Source: Schmidtea polychroa (taxonomy: Eukaryota). From it: DNA of 64,000 bases. Positions 51,527 through 64,000 of this stretch are shown piece by piece. Position 1 is the first letter of the stretch, and every line of letters begins with the position of its first letter. The position numbers and the translations under genes were made by a program. The stretch is from contig CM097886.1 in NCBI GenBank assembly GCA_044892525.1, forward strand, positions 65,100,001-65,164,000. Direction: 5' to 3'. Below the pieces are notes generated by a model. It made no database searches. It saw only the letters and a list, made by a program, of their open reading frames with translations, and was not told the origin of the DNA.

Positions 51527-54500
51527 CTCTATATGGTCGCAAATATTTGAAAATTTAGTCAAAATTAATTTATAATAAATTTTCTCATTGTTTAAATTTA
51601 AAAAAATACAAAAACGAAGTTAAGTTTAAAAATTTAAATATCTTAAACATAAATAAATGAAAAATTGTAAACAAAGTTATAGGACAATATTTTTAATAGA
51701 TAAAAAAACATTTACTATATAATTGAACAAGAGTTAAAACTGTTAATGTTTCAAGAAAATCTTGAAATTGTTTTGTGGATCTACCAAGTTTAGCTGCAAA
51801 GTCTAATTTTAAAATATATGGCATTTTTTATTGTCCATCGTAATTTTAAAATTCTTAATAAGGTTATTTTCAACTGAAAGTTTAATTTACAATTTTAATA
51901 TTTTCAAACCGATTATTGTCATTTTTTCAAATAATAAATTCGTTTTGCTTGATGGATGTAAAAACAATAAAATGGCATTAAATTGAAAAATAATTTCAAC
52001 ACAGGGATTTTCTTGTATATGGTAGGAAAACATAAATAAAAAATAATAAAAGTTCAAAATAACATTAATCGCTTATAATAATAATAAACTTACGTAATTG
52101 TTTTTGTTTGTTGCAGCAAAAATCTTACAATGGTAATATTAACTTTAATAATTATTCATGAAACACTTATTTACTTTCAACGGAATATAGTTTGAGAAGA
52201 AAGGATATAGATTAAAAATACACTGAGTGAACTGAAAAAAATTTAAAAAATTTTTTAAGTTATTTAAACTTTATCTTTCAAAAAGAATTTTATAAAATAG
52301 TCGCCTCCTAATGAAAATGTGTATCTTGATAAAACATTTTCTAGATTCTGTACTTCTAAAAAACAATATTTTCCCACAAAATTGCTATCTAACTTGATGT
52401 TATGGATTAGAGTGTGATAAAAAGAAATAACTTGGTATGTTGCTGAATGTAGAATAAACAATAAAAGTATATTTCATATAAAAGACTGCGATAGGTCGAT
52501 ATAGCTGATTGAAATTTGGTAAATATGTTCAAAATTGCAATAACCTTATCATAATATTTTTAAGAATGAAGAACGACACCTATTTTTGTTAGGTTGTAAC
52601 TGAAATAATGCCGTTCATTTCAAAATAATTTTAAATTAATAACATCTAAAATTCGAACTTTTCCGAAATTCTGTGATATTTTTAAAACTATTGTAAAGTA
52701 GTCATATTTATTTTGATATTGATGAAATTCGATGAAACTTCAAAAAATTTTAACATTGAAATATAAGATTTCAAAACAAGATTGTAATTGTAAATATTTT
52801 GGTCAGTATACGTATTATTTTTCTTTTAATATATTTTTGAAATATATCGAGAAAGCAATAAAAATTAAAAATATGTTGACATCTATTCAATTAAAAATTA
52901 TACAGTAATAAAGATTATATATTGCAAAAAATAAATATTTGGAAAAATAATTACATGAGAAAAACTTTTTAATGCGAAATTACACCATTTAAGCATTTTT
53001 TTGTAACAAAAATTAATTAAAATAAAAATTGAACATTTTTGAATTATTCAATTAGAAAATTTGTTTAAAAAAAAGATATTTTTAATAACATTTTTTAGCC
53101 AAATTTCCTACACATAATTAAAACTGGATTCTGTGGATTTTCGGTAAATAGTTCAGAAAATATCGTTTTGATTTTGAACACACCAACGAAAAACAGTTAC
53201 GCAAATTATGATAAGCGAAAACGAAAAGCAATATTTGGTTTCAAAAATAGAACAACAGTCAGAAATAAGAAGTATAGATATATAATTCTCTATATTTAAA
53301 TTATACACACTACATATAGCGAGGAAATGTTTTATAATAAATATTTTAAAATCACTATAAATTTAAATAAAAAAGTTTTTTAAATAAATATTCAAATGGA
53401 AAATAAAAATTTTGTAAATTATATAAAAATACAATTTTTAACAGTTGTTTTAATAAAACAAATATATACCATATAATATAATATAAATACCACATAATTA
53501 TATATTTATAATTATATATTTATATTTATATAATTATATATTTATATAATATAAATATATACGATACTTTTAATAGTGTATTAAAATTTAACAATATACT
53601 AGATATAAAATGTAACTTATTTCATTTTATTTTATGTACAATATTCTTTTATTTTGAATTGTTTTTAATAAAAATCAGTTAATGATGATGAACCTTTAAA
53701 ATCTCATATTTTAATTATTCGGAAGGTTTTAAAAATTTTAAGTTTTCTGTCCTGAAATCATTAGACAATTTCAATATATTTAAAATAGTATCAAAATCTT
53801 TAAAATCATTAAATGTGTTTAGGAATAAATCTCAAACTCCAATAGGTTTAATGTCTGATCTAGTTTATTATTTTTCATGTACACTGGAGGAAGATAGCCG
53901 ATTGAAAGCGATGCGCAATATTATTGATCATAGAAAAATGTGACAAAATTTTACATAAAATCTATAATGATAAGTGGGAAGGAATATTATGTGAGGCATT
54001 GGTAATTAAATCATAATCCTTTACAATTTACATTCAATCAGCAACGAATTTATTTAGATTATTTAATTAACTCATTAAATCATAACCATTATGTCATTAT
54101 TGTTTCGTTATATAATTGTTAACGTAGATTATGATGGCAGACTAATGATAAGGATAATTTCCTTGAAATTTATTTATTTTTGAAGTTTTTGGGTTTTTAT
54201 TTATATTTTATTTCGAGTTTGTTTATATTTTATATTTCAAATCTTTATATATTTTTTTTTAAATAAAACAACTGAAATTAATAAAAAAAGTTATCCTTAA
54301 TTCAAACTGTTTTTATCATTGTTATCAAAGTTCGATATATTGTATTTATGATTGCCAGGCATGCAAATTAAGGTAGGAAATTCCCAAGAAAAATGAGAAT
54401 TCCCAACCTAACTATTGTTGAGATTGTAAAATTGAAATCATTTAAAAAAGAAAAGTTAAATAGAAACCAAATGAAATGTGAAAATGTGAAGGAGAAATTT

Positions 54501-56402
54501 AATAGAAATCCTGATAAAGAAAATTGTATAATTAGACAAGAAAAACAGAGAAATGCGAATATTGAAAATGTTGGGTTGTAATTTATAAAGTTGGTCACTG
54601 TCTGACTCTTTCTTGTCCCTCTATTAAATCCAATATTCAACACAAAATACCTAAATTGATTCTCAACACAAACTACATAATTGCCACTTTATTTGAACTC
54701 TTTGAATCGATAACCGTTTGTTTGAAGTTTGTTTTCTGAATGTCAAATTCTAATAATTTGATACGTGAATTATTTTCTTTCGCCATATTGATCAAGATAG
54801 TTTAATATTCGGCCGTTAACCATTAACTTCTCTTCAACCGTACTGGCAGTTAGTTTCTTTACAGCTCCATTTTTATACTATTTCTTTGAAAACATTTAAA
54901 TTATTGTTCAGCAATTTCCACACTGCCCAGGCTTCCTATTAGCGGCTTAATTAATTGTAATTATTTTGTTTAAACCTTTTCTAGAGACCCCTGACTAAAT
55001 TTTTAATATTATTTCTGGACTCGTCTCAAGATTTGGCGTTCAATGATACCCGTTTCCCCCGATCAATAATAATTTTCAAATTTTATAAATTTTTAATTAA
55101 ATTTTGCACTTTCATTATTTCGATGTTTTTATTGATTATAACTGTGCTTCTGTTTTATTTTGTGTCTTTGTATATTATCCCAACAAAAATATTGAAAATC
55201 AGTAAATGACAGAATTATTGTCCAAACGAACACGAATATAGTAATATAAAATTAATTATGGGTCCCAGGCAAAGTTATTAAAGGAATACAAACTAATAAA
55301 TTAATTAAGTGTAAAAATAAATCAATAAATAAATTTTATGTAAGATCAAAAATAGAAATTTGTAGTGAAGAAAGGAAGAAACTGAAATCAAAGTGGAAAA
55401 GAAAGCAATAGAAAAGAAATAGTTTTTTTTGAGTAATATCAGATTCTTTTAGTCAACTTACTTAAGGTGGTCTCACGCAGGGTTACTTACCCATAAATCA
55501 AGTAAATCCATTGAAACTGTATTGACAATATTTCAGAGAGTTTAAAGTGTAATATAAATAAAAGTTGCTTGTATTGAGTCATTCCTTTGATCAAGAGCAA
55601 ATGGAGTTAGATTATCAAATATCCTACTGAACTATAAAAAAATAACTCAACAGAAGAATAACTTGCTGTGTAAACAAGCGACAAAATTAAAAATTGGATT
55701 TTCGGTGTTTATCGTTGACCAAAATGAGCTCTAATTAACCCTTTCGCTGGGAAGTTAAAGGAAGATATACTGGAGTTGCATATTGGATTATAAATTGACT
55801 CTTAGCATCATATAGGAAACAGAGAAGAAACTGACAATAGAACAGAGGGATATAATGGGATATAATGGAAAAATAATATTATCTGAAGGATCGTAGGAAA
55901 TCGTTTAGCAGAAATCAAAAGTGAATACTGTTATTATCAGAGGTGTGTAGTTGGAGATCGTTTTATTGTTTATATTTGTTTGGTGTGGACCCACAAGTAG
56001 CAGATCACTATTATTTTGGAATCAATCATATGATATAAATATCGAATGTTATGGTGACAAGTTGGAATTTTCTTCAAAAATCTATAGATTTGGCACATTT
56101 AAAGATAAAGCGGAGACTTTTAAATGAAGAAACGGAACCAACAAATATCGAAGGAAAATATTTAAGGAATTATTTATAAATGTAGATTATTCACGACGCG
56201 ACAAGATCACTGGCAGCTAGGAAGGATTATTTACAGCCTTGAAGGTAACTAAAATGATTTTAAGATTAAACTATTTTTGTTTCTTAGATTAACAGAGAGA
56301 AAATGATGAATCAAAAGTTGTTATTTATCTTTTATCAGTGGAGAACGAGTCAGAGGTGTTATTATAGATGTATTTTTAAAGATTGAGAGAAGTCTTTGAG
56401 AA

Positions 56403-56442
<40 letters not shown>

Positions 56443-56447
<5 letters not shown>

Positions 56448-57225
56448 GCAAAAAAGTATGGAAACATGAGATAGAAATTTGCTTCTTCTTTTATCATTTT
56501 ATTCTGCGAATGCCACGAATATTCACATTAGTCCTTCTTGTTACAGTTTTATGTGGGCTTTCTGAAGGTACAATCAGTGAAACAATGGGAGGACATTGTG
56601 ACACCCTTTTCGCAATTTGTTTAAAAAAATCCGAAATTTAGAATCAAATAAATATGGAAACATTTTTTTTATTTTCTTCTGGCTGAATAAATCCAGAATC
56701 AATACGGAGTGAATCACAATGTCAACAAGAGTTTACACCAAGATAATAATTAAATATTTTGTAGGATATCCACTAGCATCCAAAACTGCCTGACATCGGC
56801 GTAGCATTGAGTCCACAACGCGCTCACAATTGCCAGCAGGAATCTCAGACCAAATTTCCAGAAGTTTCTCATACAACTAATTCACGTCTCATCCCAAAGA
56901 TGTTCGATTGGGTTAAAGCCCGGATTGTGATGGCCATTTCAGGACACTGACCCTTTTTCTTCACGAGCCACTCTGTAGGACTTTTGAGGAATGCTTCGAT
57001 CCGTTGTCCTGTTGAAATCTCCATTTATGAGGTATTCTTACCCTAGCATATGGCAACATTGCCTTTTCAAGGATGTCACGGTGCATGATGCCGGTGATCT
57101 GGGTTAGTGGACCCGTTCCAGATCTCAAGAAAGCTTCCCAAACGAAAAGATTCCCACCTCCGTGCTTGACAGTTGGTTTTTGGTACAGAGAATTATACTT
57201 TTCGCGATTTGTGTCCATTTCGAAG
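56443..57225 (-). mobile_element. Tc1 (DD34E-type) transposase relic, C-terminal half plus terminal repeat
   Basis: YQKPTVKHGGGNLFVW, FQQDNGSKH, frameshifted W..QSPG.NPIEHLW, RRCQAVLDASGYPTKY*; terminus GTGAGCAAAAAAGTATGGAAACA. Confidence 0.8.
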
Positions 57226-57229
57226 ATTT

Positions 57230-57900
57230 CTTGTTCCTTCTTCAATTTTTCCTTCAAATTATACTCTGATTCAAATATTTCTCCTGTCAAATCTTTCTAC
57301 AGATGATTGAAGAACCCAAAATCCCTAAGTTCAGGATCTAGGCTGTATGGTGGATGATCCAACTGAGCAAACTCAAATTTTGCTGCTCCTTCCTGTGACC
57401 AATAAATGTGTGGATTGGAGCGTTGTCATTGGCTTGAATTGTATGGCTCGAATTCATTGATCAAGGTGGTGTAGAACTCTGGATTGACCTTCAAGACTCC
57501 TTTAACATCCAAAAATACACTCAGCAGACTCTGGCAATACCCACACTTTAAATTCTCAACTAAATGGGCTATATAAAGGCTCAAAGGTTTTCTCATCCTA
57601 TATCACGATATTTGCCATAAAGCTTTGTCCAATGCGATCCAATAGGAAGAAGTTTATCGTCTATGTCATTAAATACCGTGGAACGAACCTGTTTCATAAT
57701 TTTTCTCATTCCAAATCGATCCAACATAACTGTATTGTTCTCTTGCTAACATTTAATCTTAGACACAATTTCCTTCAATTTTGCAATGTTTCCCCATCAA
57801 TCAATTGTTCAAATTCTCGAATCCAGTTATATAATGTTACTCTTGAAGGAGCTTTCTTCCATATGCTTCTTCAATCTGTTGAATAATTTCTTTCTATTCT
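57230..57900 (-). mobile_element. Mariner (DD34D-type) transposase relic
   Basis: LNVSKRTI...RFVPR.L, NIV..DE, F.DVKG, DNAP.HT, LDHPPYS.D...DFGFFNHL. Confidence 0.7.
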
Positions 57901-58256
57901 GCCTTCTTTTAAAGTAAAACCCAAATTGCGCCTCTAAATTCCACAACATAACCTTTATATAGATTATATATATATGACTCTGTGTGTGTGTGTGTGTGTG
58001 TTATCAACAGTGAGACAATTCCAGCTTAAACTATAAGTTTTAATGTTGATATAATTTGATAAGATAATTAGAAAAACTTGTCAATGTCTTTAAATCTACT
58101 GATTAATTTAAGTTTCGAAACTGAAGTGCCTGTCAATAATTACCACCCTGAAAAAAATGAGTGAAAGAAAACTAAATTAAAACTAATTATTTTTCATTTA
58201 TTCAAAATCTTCTATATAGTAAATATAAAAAGATTATTTATCAATCTAAAATCTAC

Positions 58257-58457
58257 CAGTAACTGGAGCTTCGATATCTAACACGGTTTTCTCCGATTTC
58301 AAAAGAGATGCTCCTTCATTTATGATTTTCAATGCAACATCTTCTGTTACACATCCTTCTAATAAGAAATGTTGTCTAAGTTTATCCATGTTCGGTTTGC
58401 CTTTATTATCAAATACCTCTTGAATTGTTAATCTATGACTGGGAGGAAAAGGAACAC
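58257..58457 (-). CDS. PPP3CA: Calcineurin A coding exon 2 (201 nt)
   Basis: [34 protein letters not shown]...LDIEAPVT; TTTTAG acceptor, GTAGAT donor. Confidence 0.97.
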
Positions 58458-58609
58458 CTAAAACCATTTGATATTAACTTCAAAATTTTAAGATATTTTG
58501 GTATTAATTTTTTAAAAAAGTAATTAAATATTTACATAAAATAATTAAAAGATTTATCTAATTAACAAGTTTTTTTATTAATAAAATTTAGATTTCAAAT
58601 AAAACAAAC

Positions 58610-58655
58610 TTTTAACTACTCTTTCTGTAGCAGAAATTTTATTTGGTATGCTCAT
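58610..58655 (-). CDS. PPP3CA: Calcineurin A coding exon 1 (46 nt)
   Basis: MSIPNKISATERVVK with a phase-1 GTTTGT donor; matches the conserved (T/D)RVVK|xVPFPP junction. Confidence 0.9.
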
Positions 58656-59354
58656 TTTTATAAGAAAAAATAAACAATTTTTTAATCAAAAATCGGTTTT
58701 CTAAAATTTTGAGCCTAATGATGCGTCCATGCTTCGCACCTTAAAATATAAATATAAATTATTTAATTTAAACAATCAAGGTCGTAAAAAATATTTTTAT
58801 CATATTTTTAAATTCATCAAATTCAGTTAAAATATTATAAAATAAATGTATAATATGTATAATAATTTTTTATTTTCATTTATTTTAAAATATTAACAAA
58901 AAAATTCTTGGCAAAAAAGTTGAATTTCTTTAAATTAACTAATTTATTAATTATAAATTAATATTGTAAATTTCAAATTATTTTATTCGTTGAAAAAATT
59001 ATTTATCAAACTCTATTATTTACTTGTTATTATGATAAAGTTATGTAATTCTTTATCCCTCTGTGTAAGCATATTTAAAGATATTTCTTAATTTTTGAGC
59101 AGAGTAAATTTATATTTTTTGTGTTTATATTCGATGTTGTATTGCATGCTGGTATAAGGAGTATCATTTTTGCCACCGTTCTTTTAATGTTGTACTTGTA
59201 CTAAACATTTTTACTTGTTTTAAAAAGTCAATTAGCATAAGATTTTATATTTCTGGTGTGCACTGAAATTTTTCTGTATAATTGGATAATGTTCTTTCTA
59301 TATTCCTATCTTCTCTTTCGTTTGAAAATTTGATCGTCATTTACATATGAATTT

Positions 59355-60835
59355 ATAGATTCCAAAAGGTTTTTCCCCTTATGATTATGCAGAAAGCTTA
59401 AAAATTCTCGAAGAAACCTATAAATTGCCATCAGTATGGAATGGAGTCAACGAAGATGAATATGTGAAAAAGCCAAAATATGGACAAAAACAAATTGTGA
59501 AACATTGTTGGACTACTTGATGGTATACATAAAGCTGATTATTATTTCCAACAATTTTTTAGTAAATTATTAGCTCACAGTGGACTGGAACCGTTAAATT
59601 TCTTTGGGATTCCAGTAATGATAAGGTATAAGCTCTTATGACTTTGGATCGACCTATAAAATTGCTATAATATATGGAAATTTACAATTTTTATGAAGCA
59701 GGAATCAGAAGTTGGTTTGCATTTTTCAATAAACACGTAAAATCGAATGAAAACATTGAGTTGTTGTATTTTGACATCAACATTTTGTATGGATATCCTC
59801 TAAGTTCATATGCACTATATGAAAAATTTGAATGGATTCATCAAAATTTAGAGAATATTCTAGAAGAATGTAAGTCGATGGATCTAGAAAATCTTTGAAA
59901 ATACTGAGGTTGGCATAAATGTTACTGGTGAAATTCACGATTTTTGAAAGACATACCTGTTGCAGTTGAAAATATGTGTCCAAAAATACAAAAGTCCAGG
60001 AACTTTTGTTGATGCTGGGAGTTCAAATATTGAAAATACATAGATCAATCAAGCTCCAATATTTAAGAGATATGTGGATACCAACATAAATTTGGAAGCA
60101 GAATCCTGAAGTTTTTCGGAAAAACACTTGAAAATTTGCAGTAACGATTAAATTTGAGATTTTGTAATTCCAAAAGCAAAATGATGACTTATGCTTCAAA
60201 ACCGTCGTTTGAAAATGTATAAAGAATTCATGTGATTTAATTGCTGCTATTTTAAATCAAGATAGCGTTTGTTCAGATATACTTTCCTATATAGATTAAT
60301 CAGTTTTGAATTTTTCGAAACTGAGAATGTACCAGCTTCAATACATTGAACTTGAAAAATACCTAAGAGAATTCAATTGTTAAATCAATATTGTTTCTGG
60401 TAATACCAATTCGTTCTTTTCAGAATGCGGATACATCAAATTAAAAACTTCATTAAAGGCAATATCAGATACGTCAAATTATGAACCCACTCATCCGTTG
60501 TATAGTAGAAAATTATATTTTGTTATTAATAAATTCAAGGATGAAAGCAAAGGGATTGAATAGGATGAATGGGTCTTTCTTCGTCCGAAGTGTTACAGTC
60601 TTTTGAGAGGAACGAAGGCAAACGTGAAAGCAAAAGGAATAAGAATAAAAGATACTAAAATAAGTCATCAGTCTTACATTGACTGTTATAATTGAATTAT
60701 AATTCCAAAGTTTCATCAAAAGCACATTGGACCAAAGAATCATCAATTTTTAATATTTAAAACATCACAAACAGTACTTAAGAAATGATGACAAGAGAGT
60801 TTGAGTAGGTAAGAATATAGTTTCGCATTATAAAG
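59355..60835 (+). pseudogene. polB: Heavily decayed second copy of the Polinton-type PolB (C-terminal half)
   Basis: Colinear remnants vs copy 1: FPYD, LEPLNFFGIP, MEIYNFYEAGIR, LLYFDINILYG, KLRMYQLQYIEL, VSGNTNSFF, DTSNYEPTHPLYSR, KFKDESKG, EWVFLRPKCYSLL, KAKG, NDDKRV. Many frameshifts and stops. Confidence 0.9.
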
Positions 60836-61072
60836 TTTGTCAATGTTATATAGGAAAACTTGTATAGAAACTGTCATTTTAGTTATTTTTGTAAATAAGA
60901 ACTCAAAAACATTAACTACATTTATTAAACATAACCAATCAATACAATATTGTCCATATGTAACTGTTAATGGTTCTTGATATCTAATTCTGTTGCAGAT
61001 AACATGTTTTGATAATTTCAATAATTTTGACACTAGCAGAGATGGATAGTAATAATCCATAGGGTTAAACAC
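60833..61072 (-). pseudogene. Probable truncated homologue of the RING gene's N-terminal region (RING domain absent)
   Basis: Convergent with PolB as in copy 1; SLLVSKLL ~ FLIIDKLL, INVVNVF ~ INMLKVF, IQVFLYNIDKL ~ IEIFLLNAYKL. Confidence 0.5.
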
Positions 61073-62690
61073 AAATCTTTTTTGGTTTCATATAGACTGC
61101 TTGCCAATATTCACCACCTAGACTTGAGTATTAACTATTATGGCATTGTATTTGTCAAGAAAAGGAATTTCATCCCACGGTTAAACTCCCTACAACTTGT
61201 ATCCGAATAGATTTGTTGCAATTTGGTTAAGCTGAACAGAACTAATCAAATAAATCATTTATAATAAAGCAAACTTACTCAATACTTCAACTATTTCATC
61301 AACATTAACTTTGTTTAAACTAAAATTGTCAAAATTGTCGAAATTTGAATTTTGCTCTCAAATACTCCGTAAATAATTACGTTTGCCGGAGATTCTAGCA
61401 TTTTGATAGAAAAATAATTAAAAGGTAGAATATTAGAAATGAAATGAAACTAGCTAATAAATGTTCAAAAGTCATCGTCGCTAAATAGAATAAATCTTAA
61501 GACATTCTGCAATTGTGAATTTTTTTCTCTCCTGCTGTCTTAAAAGAAAACTCCTTATCAAGTTCCCTTTGTTGAATTTTGATAGTTCAGATTTTAAAGA
61601 AATAAATTGTGATTAAACACTCACTACTATGGATCGAATAGTCATTTCTGTGGTCAGTTCGCGACTCCACTTGATTATTATTACTCAGGTTCATTCGTTT
61701 TGGTATAATTCTATAATTAGTGTTGTCAGAGCCTATTGTAGGATTGGAAGAATTCCCTACTTCGCCGGTGTGTGTACAGATTGTATTCAATGGTGTGCGA
61801 GCCAAAAGTATTCTAATGCATATAAAGTTAAAAAGATTATGAAAATGATTCTAAGTAAGATTTTAAAGACATTAAAACAAAATATTAACAAAATATAAAG
61901 AACAGCTTTAAAAAAATTACTCAAAACTACAAAACGGTACTGATACACATGAAAATACCCACCGCAAGGATTCTTATACAAACAGCACGGGTTTGGTATA
62001 AACTTCATTGAATTGTGACAAAAAGACTTTCGTAAATATACCATAATTTGTCTGAGTGAATTCGTGTGTATGCGTTAATTCATTAAAACAAATTCAAATT
62101 CTTTTAAATACATTATTTCCGATTAAACTTTTTTCCATTTTTAATGATGATTTTTGGTTATTTTATATATAAATTTTTTCTAGATTTCTTTTTTATTATT
62201 TATGCCTTCATTTTGAATTTCGCATTTTTCAGTGAATTTTCCAATTATTTTTTGATCATTTCTTCAATTTTTCTAATTTATTTTCCTTTTTATTTTTCTA
62301 AATAATTCTGAATTCTTATTTTTATTCATCGTAGTAAATTTGAATTTGTAATAATTTGTTATTTATTTATGTCATATTTGTGTTTATCTCGTGATATGCA
62401 TCTTGCGTTTATTATTTATTTTAATTTAATTTTTAAGTTTTCTCAATTTTGGTGTTATGTTTGGTCATTTTGTTATGTTTAATTGATGTTTATCTGGTGT
62501 TTGAATTTAAATAAACTTAGGGGGCTAGGTTTGCTTCTTAAGTTTAACGCGTTTTCGTTAAAATTCTATGTTAACTTTAGGTAAAAATCAAAATTGCCTA
62601 CTTTAAACTTACTACACAGTTTGCTTAAAGATTTTGAACAAGAAGTTTTTTAAAAAAAATACAATTTATTTTGATTTAGAGTGAATTTCA

Positions 62691-62721
62691 ATTCTACCTG
62701 ACGATTACAGTGATTCTGTCG

Positions 62722-62760
<39 letters not shown>

Positions 62761-62762
62761 AT
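62691..62762 (+). ncRNA. Hammerhead ribozyme relic with stem III replaced by a (TA)n tract
   Basis: ATTCTA-C-CTGACGA-TT-ACAG-TGATT-CTGT-C-GAAA-(TA)n-TAGGAT; stem I arms pair at 6 bp. Confidence 0.6.
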
Positions 62763-62937
62763 TTGTCGTTTTTAGTTATATTTAAATCGATGCCATTATT
62801 TATTAACTGTTATAACTAAAATTATTTTTAAAATACATTTATCGCTGGTGTCAGTCCAAAAAAATTCATTTCTAAGTGAGCGGTCTGAAAAATATTTTGG
62901 TATACACTGGTGTTAACTAATAAAATAAATAATAAAA

Positions 62938-62939
<2 letters not shown>

Positions 62940-63008
<69 letters not shown>
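62940..63008. repeat. (ATT)n microsatellite
   Basis: Perfect ATT run. Confidence 0.95.
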
Positions 63009-63009
<1 letters not shown>

Positions 63010-64000
63010 TTTTTTTATAAGACAAAGCAATAGCGGTTTTCTTTGTATCAGGAAATTTTTTGAAAAATGCATGTTTTATGGAAATTCTGAAATTTTCAGA
63101 AATAAAATTAATGTCGGTGTTAAAATATTTTACCATAAATCTTGTTTGATTGTCTATGTAGTATATTTAATTAAAACTTTTTAAAAGTAATTTTGTTATA
63201 TGATAATAACATGTTACAATAGAAAATGAAATTTTAATAAAAAAACAAATAAATAGGTTTTAATTATTATATCATATAATAAACTGTCTAATTTATACCT
63301 TACATGATTAATATAATTTAAATGGTAAATAAATAATTTTATTATTTTAAAAATTACAAAAAGACAAGTTAAAGAATTATTTTTACGAACTTCGAATAAA
63401 GATTTCAAATTCCAAAAAATTAAATATTAAAAATTATTTGTTTCTGAATTACGAAATAAATAAACAGGCCTTCATTATATCTATCAACTTGGGAATTTGT
63501 TTTTGCTAAAAAAATGATTCATGTAGTCAACAAAATTTTAATTAAATAATTATCTTAATTTTTGCAATTACGTTGTAAGGTATCCCTTATCCATTTAAAA
63601 TTATTATATTCATCTTAAACTTATTGTATTCTACAAGCTGATACGCTTAATTTGGAAATTTCATTTAAAGAATATTTGTAATATTACGATATAATTTAAA
63701 ATTTTAATACATTTCCTCATGGACAAAATCTTTCATTAAATCTGGTATTATTGACTTTTTGGAGTTGGTAGTAGCGTCATAGGTTGACATCTAAAGAATA
63801 CCACCATAATCACTAAACAACTTCAAATAAATGTTCAAATTAACAGTTGCTAATTTGAATGACACTGTGTATTCAGGTTATACACCATTTTTAAATTTAT
63901 CTGTTACACCAAACTTCACTGAAATACTCCTTCTATAATATAGAAACTAATAATATAGAAACACTATAGAAATTGAAAAAGTAATATAAAAATTAAATAT

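Overview
Very AT-rich metazoan genomic DNA (draft assembly, three N gaps). The mix of ~40-nt and multi-kb introns looks flatworm/planarian-like, but the organism is an inference. The host feature is a calcineurin A (PPP3C-family) gene on the minus strand: seven coding exons can be read from ATG 58655 to 8904, and the 3' exons lie beyond the left edge. Its introns (42 nt to ~31 kb) are full of mobile DNA: Penelope-like retroelements with hammerhead ribozyme motifs, Tc1/mariner, hAT and piggyBac relics and MITEs, and Ty3/Gypsy fragments. The most unusual content is two divergent copies of a Polinton/Maverick-like virus-type element. Copy 1 (1369-6979, intron 7) has an AGTAGTAG terminus and a terminal array of composite AP-1/NR5A-type motifs. 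It also carries an apparently intact, spliced IAP-type RING gene and a ~1080-codon protein-primed PolB with only two in-frame stops, ending in a fold-back inversion. Copy 2 (~59355-61072) lies just upstream of the calcineurin start codon and is heavily decayed but appears to keep the same PolB/accessory-gene arrangement. No integrase, ATPase or capsid gene is visible. All calls were made by eye, without database searches.
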